From: Clostridia bacterium
GTDB lineage: Bacteria > Bacillota > Clostridia > UMGS1883 > UMGS1540
Assembly (NCBI GenBank): GCA_045578225.1
Contig: JAZNJV010000030.1
Span: 1 to 35,843, forward strand
Direction: 5' to 3'
DNA length: 35,843 bases
This document shows, piece by piece, positions 15,621 to 23,259 of the stretch. The notes under the pieces are model-generated. The model saw only the letters and a list, made by a program, of their open reading frames with translations. It was not told where the DNA came from and did no database searches. Every line of letters starts with the position of its first letter. Position 1 is the stretch's first letter. Made by a program: the position numbers and the translations under genes.

Positions 15621-18206
15621 ATGAAAAAACTTTTATCTCTTATCCTTATATTTACCCTTCTTTTAGGCGTTTCGGGGGCGGCCGCGCCGCTGTATACCTA
15701 TGAAGAAGTGATTCCGATTTCGGAAAGCATCACCCTTCGCAAGGTGGAGGCTTTCTATTCGGGGCATAACCTTGCCTACTCGGTCATCCGTGCGGACCTT
15801 TCGGATGAAAACACATCGCTCCGCCTTTTAAAAAGCGACAAGGGCGCAACCACGCTCGACACCGTAGGCAATCTTGCAAAAACCGAGGAAAATGTGGTGG
15901 CGGCGCTCAATGCCGACTTTTTCTCGTTCCATAAAGGAAACCAAGGGTTTTCTCTCGGCATCGAGGTCGAGGACGGAACTCTTTTAGCCTCGCCCATAAA
16001 CCCTTCTACCATGGCGACCGTTTCGTATATGGACGATATCCTTTCGATGTCGTACCTTGATTTTCATTGTATGGTTGTCGCCCCGAACTGGCAATATAGC
16101 GAGGTGCGCCACATGAATAAGCACACGGCCTACTACGGCGATATTCTTCTTTATACGAGCGACTTTGCAGACGGCATGTCCCCCGCGCCGGGCGGCGAGG
16201 TGCTTGAAGTTGTGGTAGAGGACGGCAAAATCCGCGAATTTCGCCGAAATATGCCGCCTGTTGCAATTCCGGAAAACGGGTGCGTACTCGTGGTGTCGGA
16301 AGGCGTGAACATGTTCTTTGCCAATAATTTTGCGGTGGGTGACCCCATCCGCTTTGACTACTACATTACCCCGAATGTAAAAGAGGCAGACGTCGCGTTT
16401 GGCGGCGGCGCCATGCTTGTAGAAAACGGGCAGGCGCGCACCACCTTTTCACACACCGTGGACGGGTATAACCCGAGAAGCGCCATCGGCACCGACAAAA
16501 GCGGAAAAACGCTCTACCTTGTCGCAGTGGACGGGCGCCAAAAGGGGAGCCGCGGCATGACGATGGCGGAGCTGGCCCGTCTTATGCAGTCGCTCGGGTG
16601 CCATACGGCGGTAAATCTTGACGGCGGCGGCTCGACGCGTATGCTCGCCTCCACCGTATGGGAAGAGGACATGCACGCCGTGCATGCTCCCACAGAAAAT
16701 CGCCCTGTTATAAACGCCGTGGGTCTTACGTATACGGCCGAGAAAAGCGCGTGCGCCGGTATTCTTTTGGAAAGCGATAAAGCAGCGGTAGGGAAAGGCG
16801 GCTCTGTCGAAATTTCCGCCGCAGCCTATGATGCAAATATGCGCCCCGTAGAAGATGCAGTAACGCTTTCTTCGAAAGATGGGCAAATAGAAAACGGCGT
16901 ATTTACGCCTTCGCACGGGGGCGCGTGCACTGTCGAAGCGACGTGCGGCGGCGTGCGCGAGGAAATTGAAATTTTTGTAGTGGACGAGATTTGCGGCATG
17001 GAAGCGCCGCGCTACCTTCGCCTTTTAAAAGGCGAAACAGCCACGCTCGATTTAGAAGTATATGACAAGGACGGCCACTTCGTGCCGTGCGAAAGCCTTT
17101 TGGGCTTTACCGTTTCTTCTTCCAATCCTTCTGTTGCCTCGTTTGACGGCGAGAAGGTAGTCGCAAACGGAAACGGCACCGCCATTTTATCGGTTTCGAA
17201 GGACGGCGCGATAAGCTATGTCTCCATCGCGGTCGGCCATTATGAAGAGACGGAAACGATGCCCCTTGCCCTTTTAGAGGAAGGTCGGCTCGCCTATGCC
17301 TTTAGCGAAGAAACAGAAAGCGCGCAGCTTTCGCTTTCGAAAACGGCCGTACTCGCAAAAGACGCCAACGTGGTTTCCGTTTCCTTCCGTACGGAAGCAG
17401 ACTTTGCGCACGCCATACACCTTGCACTCACCGATAAAAACGGCGAGGCGCTCCTCGTGCCTTTTACTGGCTCTTTCGAAAAAGGCACATGGCAACAGCT
17501 TTCGGCCTCTATCCCAAAAGAGGCGGCGCGGCCGCTTCGGATAGACGGCATTTGCATTTCGCGCAAAGAAGGGGGAATAGATAGTGGCGAGATTTATTTG
17601 GATGCCCTCACCTACCCCGTAGACACAGCTTTTGCCTTTCCCACAGCGCCGCAAAACGTGTACGCGGTGCCTGCGTCTCTTCCCAAAACAGATTTTGCTG
17701 TGGCCACGAAGGAGGATGGTACTGCGCTTCTGGCAGGCCTTGTAAACGATAAAACCGAAAAAACGCTTTCCGCTTTTGCCGAGCGTGCACTTTTGGAAAG
17801 CGGCCTGCCCTTCTCCGTGCGTGAAGGCGAGAATGCGCTTTATATCACGGCAAATACCGATAAGGGCAGCATTCGCGCAACCGACAAAAACGCCTGGGAC
17901 AAGATAGCAGATGCCATAGAAAAAACAACGAAGCCGAATGTTTTTCTCCTTTGCACTGCGTCTCCCTTTGGGGACGATGCGTTTGAAAATCGCGTCCTTT
18001 GTGATTACCTTGCCTCACTTTCTAAAAATGTGTTTGTCATTTCGCGCGGCGATGGGAATACGGTGAAAAACATCGGCGGCGTATACTACTTTACGGTGGG
18101 CACTTCTTCCCAAGAATCGCTTTCCGCCGCACATATAAAAAGCAAACAGGTGCTTGCCTTTTCGCTCGGCGAAACCCCCTCGTTTGCGTTTCAAAATCTC
18201 TATTAA
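15621..18206 (+). CDS. Secreted phosphodiester glycosidase (NAGPA / uncovering-enzyme-like domain) with Ig-like Big_2 repeats and an unassigned C-terminal region
   Basis: The start is moved to ATG 15621 (MKKLLSLILIFTLLLG signal peptide) behind GGAAAGGAA. RSAIGTDKSGKTLYLVAVDGRQ...MTMAELARLMQSLGCHTAVNLDGGGST is the PF09992-type motif. Big_2-like segments follow (TVSSSNPSVASFDG...GNGTAILSV). Confidence 0.8.
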   Translation: MKKLLSLILIFTLLLGVSGAAAPLYTYEEVIPISESITLRKVEAFYSGHNLAYSVIRADLSDENTSLRLLKSDKGATTLDTVGNLAKTEENVVAALNADFFSFHKGNQGFSLGIEVEDGTLLASPINPSTMATVSYMDDILSMSYLDFHCMVVAPNWQYSEVRHMNKHTAYYGDILLYTSDFADGMSPAPGGEVLEVVVEDGKIREFRRNMPPVAIPENGCVLVVSEGVNMFFANNFAVGDPIRFDYYITPNVKEADVAFGGGAMLVENGQARTTFSHTVDGYNPRSAIGTDKSGKTLYLVAVDGRQKGSRGMTMAELARLMQSLGCHTAVNLDGGGSTRMLASTVWEEDMHAVHAPTENRPVINAVGLTYTAEKSACAGILLESDKAAVGKGGSVEISAAAYDANMRPVEDAVTLSSKDGQIENGVFTPSHGGACTVEATCGGVREEIEIFVVDEICGMEAPRYLRLLKGETATLDLEVYDKDGHFVPCESLLGFTVSSSNPSVASFDGEKVVANGNGTAILSVSKDGAISYVSIAVGHYEETETMPLALLEEGRLAYAFSEETESAQLSLSKTAVLAKDANVVSVSFRTEADFAHAIHLALTDKNGEALLVPFTGSFEKGTWQQLSASIPKEAARPLRIDGICISRKEGGIDSGEIYLDALTYPVDTAFAFPTAPQNVYAVPASLPKTDFAVATKEDGTALLAGLVNDKTEKTLSAFAERALLESGLPFSVREGENALYITANTDKGSIRATDKNAWDKIADAIEKTTKPNVFLLCTASPFGDDAFENRVLCDYLASLSKNVFVISRGDGNTVKNIGGVYYFTVGTSSQESLSAAHIKSKQVLAFSLGETPSFAFQNLY

Positions 18207-18227
18207 AAGAAAAGAGGCGAATATAGA

Positions 18228-19271
18228 ATGCGAAAAAGAAAAACGGAACTTTCTATTTTAAATGTCACGTTTTGTTTTCTCGTCATTTTTATCCACGCCA
18301 TTTCCTATGCCGTGGGTGCGTTCCCCGAAGGCTCCGTGCGCGAGGCGCTTGTCCTTTTGCCATGGCGGCTTTCTTCCTTTGTGGTGCCCGGCTTTTTGCT
18401 TCTTTCCGGCGTAAAGCTGACGCTCACGGGGAAAGATACCGTTTCGTATCCAAAATATATTTGGGGGCGTGTGCGCGGTATTCTTTTGCCGTACACAGCG
18501 GCGTTTTGCCTCTATTTTCTGGCGTTTTTCCTCTTTTACGGCTATCCGCTTTCGCCGCTTTTCATCTTAAAACATTTTGTGCTTGGAAGTCTTTGCTACC
18601 ATCTTTATTTCATTCCCGTGCTTTGTCAGTTTGACCTTCTTTTGCCGCTTTGGAAGCGCCTCCTTCGGGTATCGCCCGCACTCGTCGTACCCGCGGTGCT
18701 TATCCTTACCTGTATTTTCGAAAGCTTTTTGCCGAATATGCTTTCCACAGCGTTCGGCATATCCTTTGTGTATAACGACCGCATTTTTACTTCGTATCTC
18801 GCCTTTTTTGTCATCGGTCTTTACATCGGTAAATTCTACGATGTATTTTGTGATATACTGCGCAAAAATTTCGCGGCTCTCTCCGCGTTCTTTGCGGTGC
18901 TTTGCCTCTTTACGGGGTACGCAAGCCTTCTCGCCTATGGCGGCCGCGCGGCCGTGCCGTATATGAACATACTGCACTTTGTATATTCTCTCTATGCGAT
19001 TTTGTTCCTGTTTGCCCTCTCCCTTGTCCTGCCCGAGGGTATTTTCGAAAAAGTGCCGCTACTTCGGAAAATCGACAGCGCAAGCTACCACATTTATCTC
19101 TACCATGTTTTGTGCCTCTATGCGGTGGATTTTCTCCTCAAGCGTCTCGGCATTGTAGCTGCACTTCCCGCTTTTCTCCTTCGCTTTGGCATTACCGCCT
19201 CGGTCGTCCCTGCGCTTTGTATTTTTTATCTTTCGCTGAAAAAGAAAGTAACAAAAAGCACTTCCAAATAG
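18228..19271 (+). CDS. Membrane acyltransferase, Acyltransferase_3 family (O-acyltransferase-like)
   Basis: 347 aa with about 10 predicted TM helices. The N-terminal LNVTFCFLVIFIHAISY (conserved His) is typical of PF01757. An AAGAGG SD is present. The gene starts 21 nt after the upstream gene. Confidence 0.7.
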   Translation: MRKRKTELSILNVTFCFLVIFIHAISYAVGAFPEGSVREALVLLPWRLSSFVVPGFLLLSGVKLTLTGKDTVSYPKYIWGRVRGILLPYTAAFCLYFLAFFLFYGYPLSPLFILKHFVLGSLCYHLYFIPVLCQFDLLLPLWKRLLRVSPALVVPAVLILTCIFESFLPNMLSTAFGISFVYNDRIFTSYLAFFVIGLYIGKFYDVFCDILRKNFAALSAFFAVLCLFTGYASLLAYGGRAAVPYMNILHFVYSLYAILFLFALSLVLPEGIFEKVPLLRKIDSASYHIYLYHVLCLYAVDFLLKRLGIVAALPAFLLRFGITASVVPALCIFYLSLKKKVTKSTSK

Positions 19272-19285
19272 GAAGTGCTTTTTTC
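19253..19285. terminator. Bidirectional rho-independent terminator shared by the convergent acyltransferase and Cys-rich membrane protein genes
   Basis: 9-bp stem AGCACTTCC/GGAAGTGCT (19257..19279) with loop AAATA. It has an A5 run upstream and a T5 run downstream. It overlaps the acyltransferase stop codon. Confidence 0.85.
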
Positions 19286-19295
19286 ACATCTGTTA

Positions 19296-19715
19296 CTATT
19301 CGAGACTATCGTACCCTTGACAGCCCGCCGCACACAGCGCGAGGCATGCTGCCGTTGTCACAATGAGTGCCAAAAATGCAAGCAGAGCACCTGAAAAGAT
19401 TGCGCCCAAAACGCTGCCTACGGCAAAGGGAATGCCGAGAAGGATAATGGACACGAGGATCGCGCCCAAAATCCCGATGAGAAAAATAGGCAACCCTGCG
19501 CAAACGCAGGCGCGCCATCCGCCCCCGCGCGATGAAAGCGCGGAGAAAAGCGTTAGCGCAAGGTACACCACCGCCACCCCTAAAACAACCCACAAAAATG
19601 CAGGTGTTATGGTAATGACCGCCGTAAACTGCAAAAATGCCGTAATAATGCCAACAATGAGACTTGCTACAATAGCGAGACCGGTGCAACCGGGTCTACA
19701 TCCACAGTTCGTCAT
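19296..19715 (-). CDS. Small Cys-rich 4-TM membrane protein of unknown function
   Basis: The start is moved to ATG 19715 (MTNCGCRPGC) behind GGAGGTGA with 5-6 nt spacing. It is 139 aa with four hydrophobic helices and eight Cys in three clusters (C4/C6/C10, C70/C72, C124/C128/C132). I recognise no family. Confidence 0.7.
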   Translation of the reverse strand: MTNCGCRPGCTGLAIVASLIVGIITAFLQFTAVITITPAFLWVVLGVAVVYLALTLFSALSSRGGGWRACVCAGLPIFLIGILGAILVSIILLGIPFAVGSVLGAIFSGALLAFLALIVTTAACLALCAAGCQGYDSLE

Positions 19716-19813
19716 AATCTTCACCTCCAATGACAATATATGACAAGATTTCAGAAATTGTGACTTTGACCTTCCATTTCTTTGGGAAGAGGGATAGGAA
19801 AAACAGGACAAAG

Positions 19814-19860
19814 AAAAACTGCCCCAGAAGGCAGACCTTCTGGGGCAGTTTTTCTTTTTT
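19814..19860 (-). terminator. Strong rho-independent terminator (bidirectional shape)
   Basis: Perfect 13-bp stem CTGCCCCAGAAGG/CCTTCTGGGGCAG (19819..19848) with a 4-nt loop, flanked by an A-run and a long T-run. It begins immediately after the stop of ORF 19862..20167. Confidence 0.9.
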
Positions 19861-19861
19861 G

Positions 19862-20167
19862 TTATCGTGCTAAATACTTGTCATAAAAAGTCAAATACGG
19901 CGCACCGTTTGTCCCGTCCATACGCAAATACTGTGGAGCATCCTTTTCAAAAACCACTTGCTCCATTACGGGCAAATATACGGCGTTCATGATAAGCCGT
20001 GCAATGTCACGCCGTTTTGCATAGTCTGTACTCACAAAGCTGACAGCCCGTGTCAGCCCGATATCCTCGGCCACCTTCAAATAGCCTCCCGGATATCCCC
20101 CCGTTTCTTCTGCCAAGGGTGCATATCCCAAAGCCGAAACAAGCACAGCGTTTTTAAGCCAATACAT
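19862..20167 (-). pseudogene. 101-codon ORF resembling the tail of an SLH / cell-wall-binding-type protein; possible gene remnant
   Basis: ALGYAPLAEETGGYPGGYLKVAEDIGLTRAV...AKRRDIARLIMNAVYLP resembles an SLH-type repeat. No SD precedes the ATG, and an in-frame TAA lies about 10 codons upstream. Its GC matches the flanking chromosome rather than the adjacent AT-rich cassette. Confidence 0.35.
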
Positions 20168-20259
20168 ACATTCAAAATTATTCCGCGAACAATTTTAGTA
20201 TAGTATGTTGTAGATTGTGTAAGGCTTCGCATGGGTTTTTGTTTTCACTTTGCTACTGC

Positions 20260-21213
20260 TTAATTAACATCTTCTACACTTAGCAGTTTCCCATTTAGCA
20301 TATCTATGTGCACCAGAACATTTTTTCCGCCGGCAACACAGTGAATATGCAAAACACCGTTTTCGTCAAGCCTTGGGGGAATATCTGCAACGGTTGTATC
20401 CATTCCGGTTATGGTTTTTCTGTTTAAGAAAAAATCTGCACCCGTAAGAGGAATGCTATATTTTTTCTCCGCCTCGCCTCTCGCCTTATACCGAAACTCA
20501 AAAAAATAGCTATGTGTAGCAAGCGGATATCCCGCATATGCATTTTCGGAATACACATATTCCAGATTGTTAAGCCCGCGTGTGGGATCAAGATACCCCA
20601 GTTTCTCGCTCTGTTCCTTATCAATAACCGGGCGATTGGGGTTCGTTGTGTCGATTGAAAGCCCTTTTTCTTCTGAAAAATCAAGCTTCCAATCCAGCAT
20701 TTCGCAAGCAATATCATAGGACATTGGCAAATACAAAACATTTCTGAAATTAACTACCGGATACGTCCTCGCGGTATTTTTTATATCGTCCACCGTATGG
20801 GTTTTGTTAACCAGGATTATTTCTGGATGAATGACTGCGGTGCTTTTTTTCTGTAACGGGTTTTGCACAGGGTATTCTGCATAGGTGTCCGCATTTCTAT
20901 GGGCAATTCCAATATAGATCTTATTGAAATGCGTTGCATTTTGCGTTCTTCTCTCCTCATAAAACTCTACTCGAAGCCCGGTAAAACAGTTGAGATTATA
21001 GGTAGTTGGGATGTATACTATATTTTTATGAAATAAAAGCGGATATTCTTCGTTTTTTTCCATTTTTATCCCATTAATTGTAACCGGAAATGGTACACCG
21101 GTCACCTCGGCCAGGTTCACCTCTGCACGTGCCGCAAGTGTTACGACCGCAAATGCGCAAGCCGCAATCGCCGAGCCATACTTCAAAATGGCACTTTTAA
21201 GAAATTGTTTCAT
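20260..21213 (-). CDS. Secreted 317-aa protein with two copies of a YP-x3-F-[KR]-N-[IV]-x-Y-[IL]-P module; unknown function
   Basis: ATG 21213 lies behind a perfect AAAGGAG SD (9-nt spacing) inside the last 17 nt of agrB. It has a signal peptide MKQFLKSAILKYGSAIAACAFAVVTLAARA/EV, an intact frame, and AT-rich codon usage like the kinase gene. Confidence 0.8.
   Translation of the reverse strand: MKQFLKSAILKYGSAIAACAFAVVTLAARAEVNLAEVTGVPFPVTINGIKMEKNEEYPLLFHKNIVYIPTTYNLNCFTGLRVEFYEERRTQNATHFNKIYIGIAHRNADTYAEYPVQNPLQKKSTAVIHPEIILVNKTHTVDDIKNTARTYPVVNFRNVLYLPMSYDIACEMLDWKLDFSEEKGLSIDTTNPNRPVIDKEQSEKLGYLDPTRGLNNLEYVYSENAYAGYPLATHSYFFEFRYKARGEAEKKYSIPLTGADFFLNRKTITGMDTTVADIPPRLDENGVLHIHCVAGGKNVLVHIDMLNGKLLSVEDVN
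20677..21084 (-). repeat. Intragenic duplicated ~45-aa module (aa 44-84 and aa 132-179 of the 317-aa protein)
   Basis: YPLLFHKNIVYIPTTYNLNCFTGLRVEF aligns by eye with YPVVNFRNVLYLPMSYDIACEMLDWKLDF. Each copy is preceded by an (I/V)-x-(I/V)-N-(G/K) strand. Confidence 0.6.
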
Positions 21214-21802
21214 CCGTTTCAGCTCCTTTCACTTTATTTTTTACAAAAGCCGCCAGCATAGAACCTGCCGCAGCAAATTGCCCGAGAGAGAGTGCAAATA
21301 TGTAACAGTTTTCCCATTTCCAACCCATTCCGATCAGTACTATCAATGCCTCTGTCCACATTATTTTTATGCTTATTCTTCGGTAAGCTTTCTTCTCTTC
21401 CGAGTTCACGGTTTTGTTTTTATGAATAATGGGTGCAAGCTTCCAAACCATACACATTGTAAATATGAGTGAAATAACTTCCACCGCGATATAGAATGCA
21501 CTGGGTACAAATTCCAGAACCGCCGTGAACACGCCATATACAAAGAGTAAAATCAAATAACATCGTGTGCGCGAATCCGCATGATATCCCCCGGCATAAA
21601 TTCGAAGCGGAAGAAACGCTGTTAAAAAGAGAAGCGTATGGAGAAAATTTCCTACAAAAACTGCAAAAATTAAAACACTTGCAAACTCCAGTCCTGCCAA
21701 AAGCATAAGTTCCAGTCCGTAACTACAAACTTCCGCTTCCTTTGTTTCGATAATACCGCCCTTCGCTAATGCCGCAGAAAACGCATCTGTAATTTTTTTC
21801 AC
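21197..21802 (-). CDS. agrB: AgrB-family accessory gene regulator B (cyclic-peptide autoinducer processing endopeptidase)
   Basis: 201 aa polytopic protein with a GTG start behind AAGGTGAGGAA. The hallmark RIYAGGYHADSRTRC motif has His74 and Cys81 seven residues apart, the same spacing as the catalytic H77/C84 of S. aureus AgrB. Confidence 0.85.
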   Translation of the reverse strand: MKKITDAFSAALAKGGIIETKEAEVCSYGLELMLLAGLEFASVLIFAVFVGNFLHTLLFLTAFLPLRIYAGGYHADSRTRCYLILLFVYGVFTAVLEFVPSAFYIAVEVISLIFTMCMVWKLAPIIHKNKTVNSEEKKAYRRISIKIMWTEALIVLIGMGWKWENCYIFALSLGQFAAAGSMLAAFVKNKVKGAETDETIS

Positions 21803-21825
21803 TTCCTCACCTTCTTTTCAATGGG

Positions 21826-21834
21826 AGTATACCA
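21826..21834 (-). promoter_or_regulatory. TG-extended -10 of the agrB promoter (no recognisable -35)
   Basis: Minus-strand TGGTATACT, 24 nt upstream of the GTG start. The -35 position reads CCCTTT/TCCCTT, which suggests dependence on an activator. Confidence 0.55.
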
Positions 21835-21860
21835 TAAAAAGGAGATAAAAGGGACGTTTT

Positions 21861-21891
21861 GGCACGAAATGCACGCTGCGCGGCACAAAAT
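21861..21891 (-). promoter_or_regulatory. Pair of 10-nt direct repeats with 21-nt periodicity; candidate LytTR response-regulator binding site
   Basis: Minus-strand ATTTTGTGCC (21882..21891) and ATTTCGTGCC (21861..21870) are 9/10 identical, in the same orientation, with starts 21 nt apart. The proximal repeat ends 29 nt upstream of the -10 hexamer. Confidence 0.6.
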
Positions 21892-21895
21892 GCAA

Positions 21896-21936
21896 TAGAA
21901 AAAGCCCGAAGAGTACCTTTCGAAGTACCTTCGAGC
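21896..21936 (-). terminator. Rho-independent terminator after the kinase gene
   Basis: Minus-strand GCTCGAAG-GTAC-ttcgaaag-GTAC-t-CTTCGGGC (12 bp including one G-U pair and one bulge) followed by TTTTTCT. It lies 22 nt after the kinase stop. Confidence 0.65.
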
Positions 21937-21957
21937 CTTGAAAATCAAGAGTTTTGT

Positions 21958-23259
21958 TTAATTTTCAAAGATTTGGAAGAAAAATGTAAACTCTTCTTCC
22001 GTTTGACTAAAACGATGTACATTTTTATAATTAGAAAGTGCCGCTTCTATGTTTTTGACACCAAAACCATGGTTAGCTTTATCCATTTTTGCCGTTTGCA
22101 GAAACTTGGCCTTTTCTTTATTTGCTGAATTTACAATCTTACAAAGCAATGCTCCTTCGGTATAAGCCATTGTTATGCAAATTCTTTTTTCTCTATTCTC
22201 TACCTGTTCACAAGCCTCTATGCAATTATCCAATGCATTCCCAAAAATAACACAACTATCTATGGCATCTATAAATACATTTTCGGGTATTTGCAGTTGC
22301 GCCTCGAAAATTATTCCTTTACTTATAGCAATGCTTCTTTTTGTGTTTAAAATAGCATCTAAAGCTATATTCCCCGTTTCTATCACATCTTTAGACAATC
22401 CAGTTATACTACGCATATTTTGCAGATATTTAAGGCCACCTTCAAAATCCTGGTTTTCAAAATATCCCCTTAGGGAAATATCGTGATTCTTTAAATCATG
22501 ACGAAGTTTTTTCATTTCTTTTTGCGTAATCAAAATTTCATCCACATGCTTAGCCTGCGCCTTAATTTGTTGCCTAAGTATTTCTTGATTTTGTTCCTCA
22601 ACCGCTTGTTCTATTGTTTTTTCATAGAGGTACAGAGAAAAAAACATTGTATAGAGAAGACCCACTGCACATCCCACAGCCAAATAATTATAAATATCTG
22701 GCGCTGTACTGTAATACTGTAATGTGTATAACAGATAAATCGCAAGAGTCGAAGTTGCAAATATTGAAAAGAATAATACCCAATAGGATGTTTTCATTGC
22801 AAACCCTTGATTGGCTTTTTGTTTTACGCTTATGCCTTTTATAATTATAAACGCAAATGCTTTTGAAAGAATCGTTCCCAATATGCTGTATATTTCTACA
22901 TTGGTTACTTCCATTACTGTTGCGTCCAAAAGAATCGTTAAACCAAACAAAGTGGCAACCTCTGTTATAGCAAAAATTGTTGTTAAAATTACAGCGATCA
23001 TAACACTGGTCTTAAAGCGTTTGCAAAACAGCAATGCAACCATAAAATTAAATATCGTAAGTAGTACAACATTAAAATATCCAAGATGGAACAACCAATT
23101 ACTAAAACCTATTAATCCTGCCAAAACAAAAACAGAAATCACATGTACATAAACCGCTCGTTTTCTGCCGTTTTCTTCTGCATATGTACTTGCGAACATT
23201 ACGGTAATAATTGCTTCAAAAATTGTAGTTAAATATTTTACTGCCACCTCCATTGTCAT
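21958..23259 (-). CDS. AgrC-like sensor histidine kinase (6-7 TM sensor + HPK10/GHKL ATPase)
   Basis: 433 aa. The N-terminal half is polytopic. It has an H-box LRHDLKNH, an N-box NALDNCIEA and a G-box NHGFGVKNI. There is an ATGA overlap with the regulator gene. The sequence is very AT-rich. Confidence 0.85.
   Translation of the reverse strand: MTMEVAVKYLTTIFEAIITVMFASTYAEENGRKRAVYVHVISVFVLAGLIGFSNWLFHLGYFNVVLLTIFNFMVALLFCKRFKTSVMIAVILTTIFAITEVATLFGLTILLDATVMEVTNVEIYSILGTILSKAFAFIIIKGISVKQKANQGFAMKTSYWVLFFSIFATSTLAIYLLYTLQYYSTAPDIYNYLAVGCAVGLLYTMFFSLYLYEKTIEQAVEEQNQEILRQQIKAQAKHVDEILITQKEMKKLRHDLKNHDISLRGYFENQDFEGGLKYLQNMRSITGLSKDVIETGNIALDAILNTKRSIAISKGIIFEAQLQIPENVFIDAIDSCVIFGNALDNCIEACEQVENREKRICITMAYTEGALLCKIVNSANKEKAKFLQTAKMDKANHGFGVKNIEAALSNYKNVHRFSQTEEEFTFFFQIFEN

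Noticed and set aside
20080-20240. A minus-strand ATG ORF of about 52 codons (MRSLTQSTTYYTKIVRGIILNVCIGLK...), starting near 20232 just downstream of the 317-aa gene and overlapping the SLH-like ORF out of frame. A 10-codon plus-strand ORF (MGFCFHFATA) lies near 20231.
   Set aside because: Neither has an SD or AgrD-like organisation. Both sit in the junction and host-like sequence. They are most likely chance ORFs; coordinates are approximate.
21799-21948. A minus-strand TTG-initiated ORF of about 49 codons (MIFKARRYFERYSSGFFYCILCRAACISCQ...) filling the kinase-agrB gap and ending in a TGA that overlaps the agrB GTG. It is AgrD-sized and Cys-rich.
   Set aside because: It has no SD, and it starts 9 nt after the kinase stop. 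It runs straight through the terminator hairpin, the direct repeats and the -10 element, so most of it would lie upstream of the agrB transcription start.
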